This document shows, piece after piece, positions 19,191-29,543 of a stretch of DNA of 64,000 nucleotides. Position 1 is the stretch's first letter, and the number at the start of each line of letters is the position of its first letter. Position numbers and translations under genes: made by a program. The DNA is from Myxococcales bacterium (lineage in GTDB: Bacteria; Desulfobacterota; Binatia; HRBIN30), in NCBI GenBank assembly GCA_037445065.1, contig JBBILD010000002.1, forward strand, positions 128,001-192,000, read 5' to 3'. Below the pieces are notes generated by a model. The model did no database searches, had not been told where the DNA came from, and worked only from the letters and a program-made list of their open reading frames with translations.

Positions 19191-20546
19191 ATGGAGAAGC
19201 AACTGCCGGTACGTACCAAGATCTTGTACGGGGTAGGGGAACTGGCCGTGAGCGCCAAGAACGCCACGTTGAACCAGTACTTGCTCTTCTTCTACGTGGA
19301 TGTCCTCAGGGTTTCTCCGGTGCTGGTGGGTGGCGCCCTGTTTCTGGGGAGGCTGTGGGACGCGGTTACGGATCCTTTGGTCGGATACGTGTCCGACACC
19401 ACCCGCTCCCGCTTTGGGCGCCGCAAGCCTTATTTGCTTGCCTCGGCGCTTCCCCTCGGAGTGCTTTTGTTCTTTCTTTTTGCGCCGCCCGTGCAGAGCC
19501 CCTGGCTCACTGCCGTTTATCTTGCCTGCGCGTACATCCTCTTGATGACGGCCTTCACGTTCTTTGCGACTCCGTATCTAGCCTTGGGAGCTGAACTGAC
19601 CGACGACCCGCACGAGCGCACCACCGTGGTTCAAGTGCGCAGCCTGTTCGGCGTTCTTGGCAGCATGATAGGAGGAGTGCTGCCGCTCACCATTGTCCAT
19701 CAGTTCGAAGCGCCGAGAACAGGCTTTGCGGTCATGGGTGCGTTGCTCGGCTCGTTGCTCTCAGCAACGGCCTTGGTGAGTGCGCTGGGTGTGCGCGAGA
19801 ACAGGCGCAGCAGGCCGCCGAAGGCCAGTTTGGCGCACTTTCGCAAGGGACTCGGGCACACGCTGCGCAATCGTGAGTTCCGGATCGTGTTTGGTACGTT
19901 TTGCTTGATGACGGTGGCACTTTCGCTGGGAAACTCCTTGCAGATTTTTGTGGTCAAGTACTGGCTGGGACTTTACCAGTACTTCCCGTGGATCGTGGCT
20001 GTGTTCGCGTTGAGCTTTGTTGCCTCCTTCCCTTTTTGGGCTCACCTCTCACGCCGAGTCGGGAAAAGGCAAACGATGCGCTTTGGTTTGTTCCTGGGCT
20101 GTTTTATTCCACTGGGGTGGCTCCTGCTCCCGCCGTACGACCTTTCTGCCATGCTCGGGTTTGCGAGTGTGGGGGGATTCTCGACCGGATCGGTGACGGT
20201 CGTCATTTCGTCCGCCATGGATGCGGTGGACCTGGATGAGTGGAACACCGGTGAACGCCGAGAAGGCGCATACTTCGGGATTTGGACCTTGGGACTGAAG
20301 AGTGCCGCAGCGATCGGCGCATTGTTGGGCGGTGTGCTCCTGCGGCTGGTGGGATTCGAGTCCGAAGGCAACCCGGCGCCGGAAGCGATTCGGTGGCTTT
20401 TGCTGATTCTCGGGCCGCTGCAAGCAAGCGCCCACTTGTTCGGACTTGTGGCGCTCCGAAACTTCCAGATTGACAGCCACGTTTTGCAGGAAGTTCGTTT
20501 GCGCCTCTCGCAACGACGCGCTGCGGACGCAACAGCAGCCTCTTGA
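19191..20546 (+). CDS. MFS transporter, glycoside-pentoside-hexuronide (MelB-like) family
   Basis: KILYGVG, WDAVTDPLVGYVSD.TRSRFGRRKPY, ELTDDPHERT, TGERREGAYFG. Confidence 0.9.
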   Translation: MEKQLPVRTKILYGVGELAVSAKNATLNQYLLFFYVDVLRVSPVLVGGALFLGRLWDAVTDPLVGYVSDTTRSRFGRRKPYLLASALPLGVLLFFLFAPPVQSPWLTAVYLACAYILLMTAFTFFATPYLALGAELTDDPHERTTVVQVRSLFGVLGSMIGGVLPLTIVHQFEAPRTGFAVMGALLGSLLSATALVSALGVRENRRSRPPKASLAHFRKGLGHTLRNREFRIVFGTFCLMTVALSLGNSLQIFVVKYWLGLYQYFPWIVAVFALSFVASFPFWAHLSRRVGKRQTMRFGLFLGCFIPLGWLLLPPYDLSAMLGFASVGGFSTGSVTVVISSAMDAVDLDEWNTGERREGAYFGIWTLGLKSAAAIGALLGGVLLRLVGFESEGNPAPEAIRWLLLILGPLQASAHLFGLVALRNFQIDSHVLQEVRLRLSQRRAADATAAS

Positions 20547-20647
20547 AAATGACCAACGCGGGCGACCAGGGGCGCCAGCGGCCGTTTCCCATTTGGCCGT
20601 AGCGCTGCGTATCGGTGTGGCAAGCTTCGCGCCGTGGGCCCCGGTGC

Positions 20648-22249
20648 TCAGAGCGCCTCTTCGTAGAAGAACGCCATACTACTCCCCAGCGCCACGATCA
20701 GGGCCGGCCATACGTGCTTCCAGCCGTGCTCGGGCAGCAAGCGTCGGAGCATGAGCCAGCGAATCGTGCCGGCAAGGAGGCCGATGGTTCCCATGATCGC
20801 GTGTTGTACGTTGATCAGGTTCGTCAGTTCTTGAGTGCTTCGCACCGAGGCGTGAGCGTGACCCAACAGGAGCAAGCTACCAGCAATCATCAGAAGCGGT
20901 AGCGCTGATCCTAAAGGACGCTCGGAGCGGGGCCGCTTGTGGTCTCTCCACCCCAGCCAAACCAGCACCAGAACCATCAAAGCACCGATTTGATGTTCCA
21001 CCACCACAGGGTCGCTGATTGCCTCCCGCAGAGAGACCCGGCGTAAGACGAAGACTTCCGGGTCGGCGAAGTAAGAGATAAAGACGGCAAACGGAACCAA
21101 CAGTGCCGGCCAAATCCGGTTGGCCCAATTTGCCAGTTGATTGTCCAAGGACTGTAGCCACCAGGCAACGCCCATGAGAATTACGAAGACACCTGCCCAC
21201 TGGTGCATGAACTCCGAGTATTGGAGATCGAAGAGATTTCGGTCTGCCGCCCCGACGAAGGCATTGGGATCGACGAATTCGCCTGGCGGCAGGCCAGGTC
21301 GTAAGATGGCTGTGAGTTGTTGGTCGTTCAGGGTGACAGCGCCGTCGTTCCACGGTGGCGAGACCGAGCCCACGATTCCTGCCACGACCACGACCAGCAG
21401 GCCAGCAGTGACCTCCAATTCCAGGGTGCGGCGAAAGCGGGCGAGAGTGACTTCTTGGGCTGCCGATGTTGCGACCAGCGCAGGCACGATCCAGCGGAAG
21501 TTGTGATAGCCAGCCCACAGAACGGGAAGCAACAACGTTAGTTTCAGCAATAAGCTGAGGCCATATGCGGACAGCAGGAGGTCACGCAGGGAGGGAACAA
21601 AACGCACCGCTGCGAGGAGGCCACTGGCGAACACAAGCGTAGCGACCAATAGCGCCCAGGGGGAAAAACGGCGGAGCAGAGCGACACGGAACGCCGCACA
21701 GCCAGCCCCTGCGGCGAGGAACCGATCGCGGAGAAGCCACCAGTGGAACAAAACCCCCATCCAACTGGAGACGGCGAGCAAGTGAAGCACCTGGAGGGTA
21801 AGGGCCAAGGTACGGTCGTATGGAAGGGCAGCAGCGTGACTCACCGCTGCGGTGGCCAGGAGCGCACCGAGCGAGGCAGGGAGCCCGAAGGGCCATGCTA
21901 GCTGCAAGGGCAGGCAAAACGCGCCCGCCGCTAGTAGGAGGCTGGCGATGCGCGCGAGAGCCAGGTGTCCCACCGTCGTGGAGGAAAGAAACTCTACGAC
22001 GCCAGCGATCGGAACTCCTCCGAACACGGTTTGCCCCGAGGTTTCTGCGACCTGGACGAAAACGTCCAAGCTCGCGGCCAGGGCGGCAACACAAGCAGCT
22101 CTGCGGCTGACCCGCAGCCCCGCCCTTTCCCAAGCGAGAATGGGCGCAGGACGCCCCAAGCCGCGGGCCAGCACCAGCCAGTGAATTGGCCCAGCGATCG
22201 CGATCAGGAGCCCGAGCAGTTGGAGGCCGTGAAGAAGTGAGTGTTCCAC
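20648..22249 (-). CDS. copD: CopD-family copper transport membrane protein with extra His-rich C-terminal membrane domain
   Basis: SHAAA, HLLAVSSWMG, RFS, SAYGLSLLLKL CopD motifs; downstream of copC; C-terminal SEFMHQ, EHQ, HAH, QH. Confidence 0.8.
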   Translation of the reverse strand: MEHSLLHGLQLLGLLIAIAGPIHWLVLARGLGRPAPILAWERAGLRVSRRAACVAALAASLDVFVQVAETSGQTVFGGVPIAGVVEFLSSTTVGHLALARIASLLLAAGAFCLPLQLAWPFGLPASLGALLATAAVSHAAALPYDRTLALTLQVLHLLAVSSWMGVLFHWWLLRDRFLAAGAGCAAFRVALLRRFSPWALLVATLVFASGLLAAVRFVPSLRDLLLSAYGLSLLLKLTLLLPVLWAGYHNFRWIVPALVATSAAQEVTLARFRRTLELEVTAGLLVVVVAGIVGSVSPPWNDGAVTLNDQQLTAILRPGLPPGEFVDPNAFVGAADRNLFDLQYSEFMHQWAGVFVILMGVAWWLQSLDNQLANWANRIWPALLVPFAVFISYFADPEVFVLRRVSLREAISDPVVVEHQIGALMVLVLVWLGWRDHKRPRSERPLGSALPLLMIAGSLLLLGHAHASVRSTQELTNLINVQHAIMGTIGLLAGTIRWLMLRRLLPEHGWKHVWPALIVALGSSMAFFYEEAL

Positions 22250-22283
22250 GATCCGCGACCAGAGAAGCCTTTCGTCAACGCGA

Positions 22284-22679
22284 CTACGGACCCTTGGTGA
22301 CTCGGAACGAGATTCGACCAGGAGCGGTGTGCCCGTCGCGCGAGAGCACCCGGTATTCCACCACGTAGTCGCCGGGCGGTAGCGGCTTGAGCTGGACGCG
22401 CAAATGCGTGCGGTCCTCTGGATCCACCTCAGCCGGACCGACGATGAAGTTGGCGCGCTGCTTCTTGCCGCGTTCCGCCGCAGGATAGACCTCGATCGAG
22501 TGGAAACCGCGGTCCAGAAGTTCGTTGAACCACAAATGAACCGACCGTGGCGCTTCCGCCAGCACGGCCTCGTTCTTTGGTTCGGAGCGAAGCAGACGAG
22601 CGTGCGCCCACACCTGCTTCGGGTCGCAAGTGAAAAGCATAGCGAGCGCGATCAAGGCAATGAAGCCCCGCCGGATCAT
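22284..22679 (-). CDS. copC: Periplasmic copper-binding protein CopC
   Basis: Signal peptide then [10 protein letters not shown] (His1) and [13 protein letters not shown] overlap with glyA stop. Confidence 0.9.
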   Translation of the reverse strand: MIRRGFIALIALAMLFTCDPKQVWAHARLLRSEPKNEAVLAEAPRSVHLWFNELLDRGFHSIEVYPAAERGKKQRANFIVGPAEVDPEDRTHLRVQLKPLPPGDYVVEYRVLSRDGHTAPGRISFRVTKGP

Positions 22680-23935
22680 GGTACCATGAAGAGTGCCTCG
22701 TAACCGATCGGGAACTTCTGACACAGAGAGATCACGTCGTCGGCGACCGAGCGAAGGGCCTGCTCATTGCCAACGTTCTGCAGTGCTCGTGCAATGAGGT
22801 CTGCAATCACGCGCATTTCTGATTCCTTCATGCCGCGGCTGGTTACCGCCGGGGTTCCGATGCGAATACCACTGGTCACGAAAGGCGAGCGCGTTTCGAA
22901 GGGAACCGTGTTCTTGTTCACCGTGATGTGTGCCCGGTCTAGGGTCTCTTGCGCGAGCTTCCCGGTGAGTTCCGTCGGTCGCAGGTCAATGAGCATCAGG
23001 TGATTGTCCGTGCCGCCAGAGACGGCCCGGAACCCATGCTTTTGCAGGGCTTCGCACAACGCCTTCGCGTTGCTCACGATCTGTCGCTGGTAACTGCGGA
23101 ACTCCTCGCTCAGCGCTTCCCGAAAGGCCACGGCCTTGGCTGCGATCACGTGCATCAGCGGCCCACCCTGGTTGCCGGGGAACACGGACGAAGCGATGGA
23201 CTTGGCGTAGGCTTCCTTGCACATGATCATGCCACCGCGCGGCCCGCGTAACGTTTTGTGGGTCGTGGTCGTGACAAATTCGCAGTGGGGAACGGGTGAG
23301 GGATGAATGCCGGCTGCGACCAGTCCAGCGAAGTGCGCGATATCCGCCATGACCACAGCTCCGACTTCGTCGGCGATCGCGCGAAAGCGCTCGAAGTCGA
23401 GTACCCGAGGGTAAGCGCTATATCCGACCACGATCATGCGCGGCCGGTTGCGGCGGGCAAGTTCGGCCACTTCGTCGTAGTCAATCCGCTCGGTTTCCTT
23501 ACTGACCCCGTAGGGGACAACACGGAAGAAGCGGCCCGAAAAGTTCACCGGACTACCGTGGGTCAGATGGCCGCCGTGACTCAGGTCCATGGCCAAAATC
23601 GTATCCCCGGGCTGCAGTTGGGAAAAATAAACCGCCATGTTGGCTTGTGAGCCAGAGTGCGGTTGAACGTTAATGTAGTCAGCGCCGAACAGTTGGCGTG
23701 CTCGGTCAATGGCAAGCTGTTCGGCGATGTCTACGAACTCGCAGCCTCCGTAGTAGCGCTTGCCTGGGTAGCCTTCTGCGTACTTGTTGGTAAGGATCGA
23801 GCCCTGGGCTTCCAAAACCGCGCGGCTGACGATGTTCTCGGAGGCAATCAGCTCGAGCGTGTACTCTTGTCGCCGGGCCTCGTCACGCAAGACGCGGTAG
23901 ATCTCTGGGTCCACGCGCGCGAGTTCGGAAATCAT
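22676..23935 (-). CDS. glyA: Serine hydroxymethyltransferase
   Basis: [38 protein letters not shown] motif. Confidence 0.98.
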   Translation of the reverse strand: MISELARVDPEIYRVLRDEARRQEYTLELIASENIVSRAVLEAQGSILTNKYAEGYPGKRYYGGCEFVDIAEQLAIDRARQLFGADYINVQPHSGSQANMAVYFSQLQPGDTILAMDLSHGGHLTHGSPVNFSGRFFRVVPYGVSKETERIDYDEVAELARRNRPRMIVVGYSAYPRVLDFERFRAIADEVGAVVMADIAHFAGLVAAGIHPSPVPHCEFVTTTTHKTLRGPRGGMIMCKEAYAKSIASSVFPGNQGGPLMHVIAAKAVAFREALSEEFRSYQRQIVSNAKALCEALQKHGFRAVSGGTDNHLMLIDLRPTELTGKLAQETLDRAHITVNKNTVPFETRSPFVTSGIRIGTPAVTSRGMKESEMRVIADLIARALQNVGNEQALRSVADDVISLCQKFPIGYEALFMVP

Positions 23936-24177
23936 TTGTCCTCCCGGTGCGCTTCGATGTAGTCAATGGCGTCTTGAACCGTGCGGATCTTTTCTGCCTC
24001 CTCATCGCTGATCTCGATGTCGTACTCTTCCTCGAGAGCCATGATTAACTCGACGATGTCGAGGGAATCGGCACCGAGATCCTCCATGAACGAGGCTGAG
24101 GGGGTGACTTCCTCTTCACTGAGGCCCAACTGCTCCGCCACAATCTCTCTCACTTTCGCCTCGACGGAAACTCCCAT
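23932..24177 (-). CDS. acpP: Acyl carrier protein
   Basis: [19 protein letters not shown] phosphopantetheine motif. Confidence 0.97.
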   Translation of the reverse strand: MGVSVEAKVREIVAEQLGLSEEEVTPSASFMEDLGADSLDIVELIMALEEEYDIEISDEEAEKIRTVQDAIDYIEAHREDK

Positions 24178-24265
24178 GGACTACCTCCTCCTTGCTCGAA
24201 CCAAGCGCACAGCGCAGTGTGCGAGTTTTTTTCCCGAACGGTGCTCTCTGTTATCCAGATCGAGC

Positions 24266-25015
24266 TCACATGTACAGGCCGCCATTGATACCCAGCACCT
24301 GGCCAGTAACGTAGGCGGCCTCGGGCCGAGCCAAGAAAGCCACCGCTTCCGCAACTTCTTCGGGGCGCCCAAAACGCCCGAGTGGAATAAGGCGGAGGTA
24401 TTCTTCTTGCCGCGGCGCCGGTAAAGAGCGCACCATGTCGGTTTCGATAAAACCGGGGGCTACGGCGTTCACGGTAATGTTCCGCGACGCCACCTCACGA
24501 GCCAAAGACCGCGTGAACCCTTCGAGCCCCGCTTTGGCAGCCGAGTACGCCGCCTGTCCAGCATTGCCCAAGTGGGCCACGGCCGAACTCACGTTGACGA
24601 TGCGCCCGTAACGGGCGCGCAACATCGCCGGCAGAATGGCCTTGGTACAGAAAAACGCCCCGGTGAGATTTACCCGCAAAGCCCGATCCCACTGCTGCTC
24701 TTTCAGGCGCAGCACGAGCTGGTCGGCGGTCACCCCCGCGTTGTTGACTAAAATGTCGCAACGGCCGAGCCGCTCGAGCAAGCTCGTGCAGGCGGCCCGC
24801 ACGGCATCCGCCTCACCGACATCGAAGCTGCAAATCTCGCCTTGTCCTCCGGCGGCCTCGATTTCCGCGAGAGTGGCGCGAGCACCCTCCTCATTGCGAG
24901 CGAAGTGAACGACGACATACGCGCCATCCCGTGCAAGCCGGCAAGCGACCGCTCGCCCGATTCCCCCAGAGGCACCAGTGACGAGAGCCACCTGACGTTG
25001 GAGTTCCGCGCTCAT
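24266..25015 (-). CDS. fabG: 3-oxoacyl-ACP reductase
   Basis: TGASGGIG, NNAG, YSAAK, VNAVAPGFIET; fab context. Confidence 0.93.
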   Translation of the reverse strand: MSAELQRQVALVTGASGGIGRAVACRLARDGAYVVVHFARNEEGARATLAEIEAAGGQGEICSFDVGEADAVRAACTSLLERLGRCDILVNNAGVTADQLVLRLKEQQWDRALRVNLTGAFFCTKAILPAMLRARYGRIVNVSSAVAHLGNAGQAAYSAAKAGLEGFTRSLAREVASRNITVNAVAPGFIETDMVRSLPAPRQEEYLRLIPLGRFGRPEEVAEAVAFLARPEAAYVTGQVLGINGGLYM

Positions 25016-25947
25016 GAGGCCGGCACTCCTTGTTGGAGCGCTTCCCAATCTTCCCCCGCATAGCAGGGAAAAGTAGGCACAATGCGACGTACCAAACCGC
25101 GCAACACGTGGCCGGGTCCTACTTCGATCGCTGCGGCAGGACGGTAGGACCCGACCAAATTTCGCACGGACTGCTCCCAAAGGACCGGGCGGGTAACCTG
25201 CTCCCGCAACAAGGTGCGGATTCCGGTTTCGTCCTGCGGGTACGGACTGGCCGTTGCGTTCGCGAGCACGGGAAAGCGCGGTGGGCGAATGGTGCATTGT
25301 GCCAGGGCAGCGGCGACGCGCTCGGCTGCCGGAGCCATTAGCGAACAGTGAAATGGAGCACTCACGGCAAGAGGCACGACCCGCTTTGCTTTCGCGGAAC
25401 GCGCTCGGCTTGCAAAGCGTTCGAGCGCCGTTTGCGTTCCAGCGACCACGATTTGGCCGCCGCCGTTGAAGTTTGCCGGGGCCAGCACCTCGCTACCGGC
25501 CGCTTCGTCACAGAGTGCCGCCACTTGCTCAGCACTCAAGCCGAGCACAGCGACCATTCCGCCCTCCCCCACGGGAACCGCCTCTTGCATTGCCCGTCCG
25601 CGCTCGCGCACCACACGCAAGGCATCGGCAAAGCTCAAAACGCCTGCGCACACAAGAGCGCTAAACTCCCCGAGGCTGTGACCGGCTGCGCAAGAAGGCT
25701 GAAGTCCGAGTTCCTCTTCGAGAACTCGTGCCATCGCTGTGCTCACAGTGAGCAAAGCGGGTTGCGCATTTTCGGTTAGCCGCAGCTCGTCTTCAGGTCC
25801 CTCGAAGCAGAGCCGGCTGAGCGGGAAATCGAGGGTCGCGTCCGCTTCGTCGAACACCTCTCGGGCGCGAGGAAATGCCCGGAAAAACGACAGCCCCATG
25901 CCGGCGTACTGGGAGCCTTGGCCAGGAAATAGGAAGGCGAGACCCAT
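25012..25947 (-). CDS. fabD: Malonyl-CoA:ACP transacylase
   Basis: FLFPGQGSQ, GHSLGE, VSAPFH, EVGPG. Confidence 0.96.
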   Translation of the reverse strand: MGLAFLFPGQGSQYAGMGLSFFRAFPRAREVFDEADATLDFPLSRLCFEGPEDELRLTENAQPALLTVSTAMARVLEEELGLQPSCAAGHSLGEFSALVCAGVLSFADALRVVRERGRAMQEAVPVGEGGMVAVLGLSAEQVAALCDEAAGSEVLAPANFNGGGQIVVAGTQTALERFASRARSAKAKRVVPLAVSAPFHCSLMAPAAERVAAALAQCTIRPPRFPVLANATASPYPQDETGIRTLLREQVTRPVLWEQSVRNLVGSYRPAAAIEVGPGHVLRGLVRRIVPTFPCYAGEDWEALQQGVPAS

Positions 25948-25955
25948 GCGCGGCG

Positions 25956-26138
25956 TCAATCAGCGCTGAGATCGAGCACCTTTCTTCCCTTGTACATGCC
26001 GCAGGAGGGACAAGCACGGTGTGGCATTTTCGGCTCATCGCACTCCGGGCAAAGCGTCCACGCCGGGGGCACGAGGGCGTCGTGAGCGCGGCGCTTGTTG
26101 CGCTTCGAACGTGAGGTCTTGCGTTTTGGGACAGCCAT
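25956..26138 (-). CDS. rpmF: 50S ribosomal protein L32 (Zn-ribbon type)
   Basis: [19 protein letters not shown]...[12 protein letters not shown]. Confidence 0.97.
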   Translation of the reverse strand: MAVPKRKTSRSKRNKRRAHDALVPPAWTLCPECDEPKMPHRACPSCGMYKGRKVLDLSAD

Positions 26139-26202
26139 TCACCGACTCCTTCGGGTGATTTGTCGCGGTTCTCCAGGAACGAGAACCACAAAGAAAGCCC
26201 TT

Positions 26203-26733
26203 CTATAGATTGGGCTTGAGCTGGCGCAAGACCGCAAAGCGGGGGTCGCCCAGTTCGGGTTTGCAATCGCAGGTCTCGCAGTTGCGGTTCGCTCCGCACT
26301 GCGGGCATAGGCCGCGGCACTCCTCGCTGCAGAGAGGTCGGGTCGGGAGGGCAAGAATGATTTGTTCGTCCACCAATGGGGAAAGGTCAATTTCGTCGCC
26401 CTGGTAGTACACCAGGTCCAAATCCTCTTCCGTCAGTTCCATGCGCGCCGGCAGGCGTTCCTGGGGTACCAAGACCAGCGAGAAGTCTTTTCGCAGATCG
26501 AAAGTGTACGACTCCAGGCACCGGGCACAATGGCCGATTACCCGACTAAGCACAGTCCCCCACAAGAAGATCTCTGCACCGGAGCGGTAATACTGCGCAT
26601 CCACTGCAGCGTTGCCAAGCAGTTCGTAATCACGTACGCCACCGTGAACCAGGCGTGCGTTGAGGAGGGCGGTGGGTTCCTCGTAGGTGACGCGCTGGGT
26701 ACTCTCGTCAATATCTTGCAGAAGGAGTTTCAC
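26203..26733 (-). CDS. yceD: YceD/DUF177 family protein
   Basis: CARCL, LCSEECRGLCPQCGAN, DPRFAVL; upstream of rpmF. Confidence 0.92.
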   Translation of the reverse strand: MKLLLQDIDESTQRVTYEEPTALLNARLVHGGVRDYELLGNAAVDAQYYRSGAEIFLWGTVLSRVIGHCARCLESYTFDLRKDFSLVLVPQERLPARMELTEEDLDLVYYQGDEIDLSPLVDEQIILALPTRPLCSEECRGLCPQCGANRNCETCDCKPELGDPRFAVLRQLKPNL

Positions 26734-26980
26734 TGTAACCCACCCGTGATTCGCGAAATGGTACGTTCAATGGCGGCGCGGCGACGTTGCCGTAGCGGAT
26801 CGCGCTCAGCGAATCAAGCGCATTGTCTTTGATTCTAAGCACTTACGTGGGCTTGAGCCCGTGGGCCTCGAGGCCGCCGATCTACCCTGGGGCAGGTACC
26901 TGGCCGTTGCCGCAGTGGAGCCGCGCGCAAGCTGCGGTTGAGTGCAGCACTGGCTTCCTGGTAAACGCGGCCGGATCGGT

Positions 26981-27715
26981 GTGTCGAACGAGCGAGAAAT
27001 TGTCACGTTGGTGGAGTTGCGAGGTGTGGCCAAGCGTTACGGCCCGCAGTGGGCTTTGGTCGAGGTAGATCTCCGCTGCGGGCGCGCGGAGAGCATCGCT
27101 CTCCTTGGACCGAACGGGGCGGGCAAGAGCACGTTGTTGCGCATACTAGCCGGGGTAACGCGTCCGACCCGAGGCAGGATCCTCTGGGGCGGGCAGGAGG
27201 TGGCGTTGGCAAGCGCGTCTTGGGGGCGGAAGAGGATCGGCTTTGTCGGCCATCGCAGCTTCTTGTACACGTCGCTTTCCGTGCGCGAGAACCTGATGCT
27301 GTATGCATCGTTGTACGGGCTAGCAAACCCAGCCCAGCGGGTTGCGGAGCTTCTGGGTCGCTTCGGGCTTTCCTTCGTGCAAGATCGCGCCGTGTCCCAC
27401 CTCTCCCGCGGGCTCGAGCAGCGCGCTGCCCTTGCGCGTGCCTTGCTGCACGACCCGGAGCTCTTGCTACTTGACGAGCCGTTTACGGGCTTGGATGTGG
27501 AAGCCTGCGCCGCGCTCATGGAACTCCTACGAGAAGAGCGGGCGAGGGGGGTTTCAGTGGTGCTTGCCACCCATGATTTTCAGGTAGCAGAAGCGTTGTG
27601 CGAGCGCGTTGTGATCCTCGTGGGCGGAAAGTTCGAGCATGACGGCCCGCTGCCCGCATCGGTGGAATCGGTGTACCAAGCGGTCGTCGCGGCCAGGCGG
27701 CAAGCGCTGGCATGA
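26981..27715 (+). CDS. ccmA: Heme exporter ATP-binding protein CcmA (start approximate)
   Basis: GPNGAGKS Walker A, LSRG signature variant, LLLDEPFTGLD; ATGA overlap with ccmB. Confidence 0.9.
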   Translation: MSNEREIVTLVELRGVAKRYGPQWALVEVDLRCGRAESIALLGPNGAGKSTLLRILAGVTRPTRGRILWGGQEVALASASWGRKRIGFVGHRSFLYTSLSVRENLMLYASLYGLANPAQRVAELLGRFGLSFVQDRAVSHLSRGLEQRAALARALLHDPELLLLDEPFTGLDVEACAALMELLREERARGVSVVLATHDFQVAEALCERVVILVGGKFEHDGPLPASVESVYQAVVAARRQALA

Positions 27716-28371
27716 TCCCGTTGCTTCGCAAGGAATTTTTGATCGAGTGGCGAGCGAGAGAAGCGCTCGCCACTGCTCTCCTCACAGGGCTTTTGCTGCT
27801 GGTGGTGCTGAGCTTTGCTTTCGATCCAACCAGCCCGTTGCGTCGCGAGGCGGCACCGGGTGCGTTTTGGGTTACGGTAGTTTTCAGTGGGGTGCTGGCG
27901 ATCGGGCGCTCGTTTGTGGCGGATCGGGAGAACGATTGCCTGCAGGGGCTGCTGTTAGCTCCGCTCGATCGGGGAACGATCTTTTTGGCGAAGGTCTTCG
28001 CGCAAACAGCCTTTTTGCTTGCTGCGCAATTGCTCCTAGTGCCGTTGTTCATCGTTTTCTTCGACCTGCCCCTGAGCGCACACCTACTTCCCTGGCTGCT
28101 CGCCCTGGTGCTGGTCGGAGTGGGATTGAGTGCGGCTGGAATTCTGCTCGCGGCGATTGCTGTGCAAACCCGGGCGAAAGAGATCTTGCTCCCCCTTCTC
28201 CTCGTGCCGCTTGCCGTTCCGTTGCTACTGGCCGGCTTGCGCGTCTCCCAACGAGCCTTTGCCGGCAAGCCGCTAGGCGAGGCAGTGGCATGGCTGCACT
28301 TGGCAGTGGGGTTCGACGTGATCGTGTTGGTTGTCGGGTGGCTGCTGTTCGAATATGTAGTGGAAGACTGA
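27712..28371 (+). CDS. ccmB: Heme exporter permease CcmB
   Basis: LRKEFLIEWR, GRSF..DREN..L.GLLLAP, LLPLLLVPL. Confidence 0.9.
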   Translation: MIPLLRKEFLIEWRAREALATALLTGLLLLVVLSFAFDPTSPLRREAAPGAFWVTVVFSGVLAIGRSFVADRENDCLQGLLLAPLDRGTIFLAKVFAQTAFLLAAQLLLVPLFIVFFDLPLSAHLLPWLLALVLVGVGLSAAGILLAAIAVQTRAKEILLPLLLVPLAVPLLLAGLRVSQRAFAGKPLGEAVAWLHLAVGFDVIVLVVGWLLFEYVVED

Positions 28372-29084
28372 TGCAGATCGGGCCGCAAACCGTGGTGTCG
28401 CGTTCCCTCGTGCCTCTGCTCGCCGTATGCAGCGCAGCGAGCATGTTGCTTACCCTCTGGTTGATTTTCGTGTACGTGCCCACCGACCGCGTCCAGGGCG
28501 TTGTGCAGCGAATTTTTTACGTGCACGTGCCGCTGGCGATGATGACCTTTCTTGCTTTCGGCGTTACGGCGGTGGCGAGTGCGGCATACCTCTGGTCCCG
28601 AAACCCGAAGTATGATCACTGTGCTCATGCCAGTGCGGAGGTCGGGCTGTTGTTTTGCTCGCTGGTGCTGATCACCGGCCCCATTTGGGCGAAGCCCATT
28701 TGGGGAACATGGTGGACGTGGGATGCCCGGCTGACCACGACACTGATTCTGTGGCTCATTTATGCCGGCTACCTGATGCTGCGCAGCTTGACGATGCATT
28801 CCGAGCAGGGCGCGCGATATGCGGCTGTACTCGGCATCGTAGGTGCGTTGGATATTCCGATCATCAACCGGTCCGTGTACTGGTGGCGCACGATTCACCC
28901 GGCAGTGTTGGTAACGCGGGAGGGGGGGACGGGACTCACGGATCCGCGCATGCAACTTACGTTGCTGTGCAGCGTGCTGGCCTTTTTCTTTCTCTTCGCT
29001 TGGTTGCTTTGGTTGCGCTACCGGCAGGCCGTATTGGAGGCGAGGATGACGGCGCTGTGGGCGGCGCAACGGATACCGAGGTGA
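28371..29084 (+). CDS. ccmC: Heme exporter/CcmE loader CcmC
   Basis: [26 protein letters not shown] (WWD motif), WWRTIHP. Confidence 0.95.
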   Translation: MQIGPQTVVSRSLVPLLAVCSAASMLLTLWLIFVYVPTDRVQGVVQRIFYVHVPLAMMTFLAFGVTAVASAAYLWSRNPKYDHCAHASAEVGLLFCSLVLITGPIWAKPIWGTWWTWDARLTTTLILWLIYAGYLMLRSLTMHSEQGARYAAVLGIVGALDIPIINRSVYWWRTIHPAVLVTREGGTGLTDPRMQLTLLCSVLAFFFLFAWLLWLRYRQAVLEARMTALWAAQRIPR

Positions 29085-29090
29085 GGAGGC

Positions 29091-29303
29091 GTGGGCGTGA
29101 CGGCGGAATCCCTGACGTATCTGTTTGCTGCGTATACCGCGGTGTGGGTCGTGCTCGTGGCGTATCTCTGGCGCCTGTCGCGGCGTTTACAACAGTTGCA
29201 TCGAGAACTGGAAGAGCTGCGTTCAGAAGAACGCCACGAAAGGGCTACGGACACGGCCCCGGCACAGGAGCGCGTGGCGCGTGGTACGGGTGGGGCACCA
29301 TGA
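29091..29303 (+). CDS. ccmD: CcmD-like small membrane protein
   Basis: [20 protein letters not shown] followed by charged helix; follows ccmC. Confidence 0.8.
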   Translation: MGVTAESLTYLFAAYTAVWVVLVAYLWRLSRRLQQLHRELEELRSEERHERATDTAPAQERVARGTGGAP

Positions 29304-29509
29304 GCGACCTAGTCGTGCGTTGCCCGATTTGCCGCGCTCCTGTGAAGTGGAGTGAGATCCGATGGCGGCCTTTTTGTTCCGAGCGGTGCAAACTCGTGGA
29401 TCTGGGGCACTGGGCTAGCGGGTCGTACCGGATCCCGGGTGAACCCAGCGCGACGGAGGAAGGCGAAGAAGAGGTCGCGGCCGGAAGGCGAGACTCAAGA
29501 AACTCCTAA
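29300..29509 (+). CDS. yacG: DNA gyrase inhibitor YacG
   Basis: CPIC...[28 protein letters not shown] overlap with ccmD. Confidence 0.92.
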   Translation: MSDLVVRCPICRAPVKWSEIRWRPFCSERCKLVDLGHWASGSYRIPGEPSATEEGEEEVAAGRRDSRNS

Positions 29510-29543
29510 AGCATGGTCTGACGGGAGAGAAGGGAGCCACGTC

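Noticed and set aside
26811..26835. FNR box between yceD and ccmA (gaatcaa...ttgattc)
   Set aside because: The half-sites are in the wrong order and spacing relative to TTGAT-N4-ATCAA.
27639..28370. Long N-terminal extensions in the ORF track (ccmC, fabG, hemA, yacG, lpxA, epoxide hydrolase) suggesting fusions
   Set aside because: The extensions overlap neighbouring genes in other frames; internal starts with SD or stop/start overlaps fit family lengths.
27516..29069. 517-aa minus-strand ORF and other long antisense ORFs (e.g. 545-1456, 4055-5113, 44985-45923)
   Set aside because: They are shadows of well-supported genes in GC-rich DNA and have no recognisable motifs.
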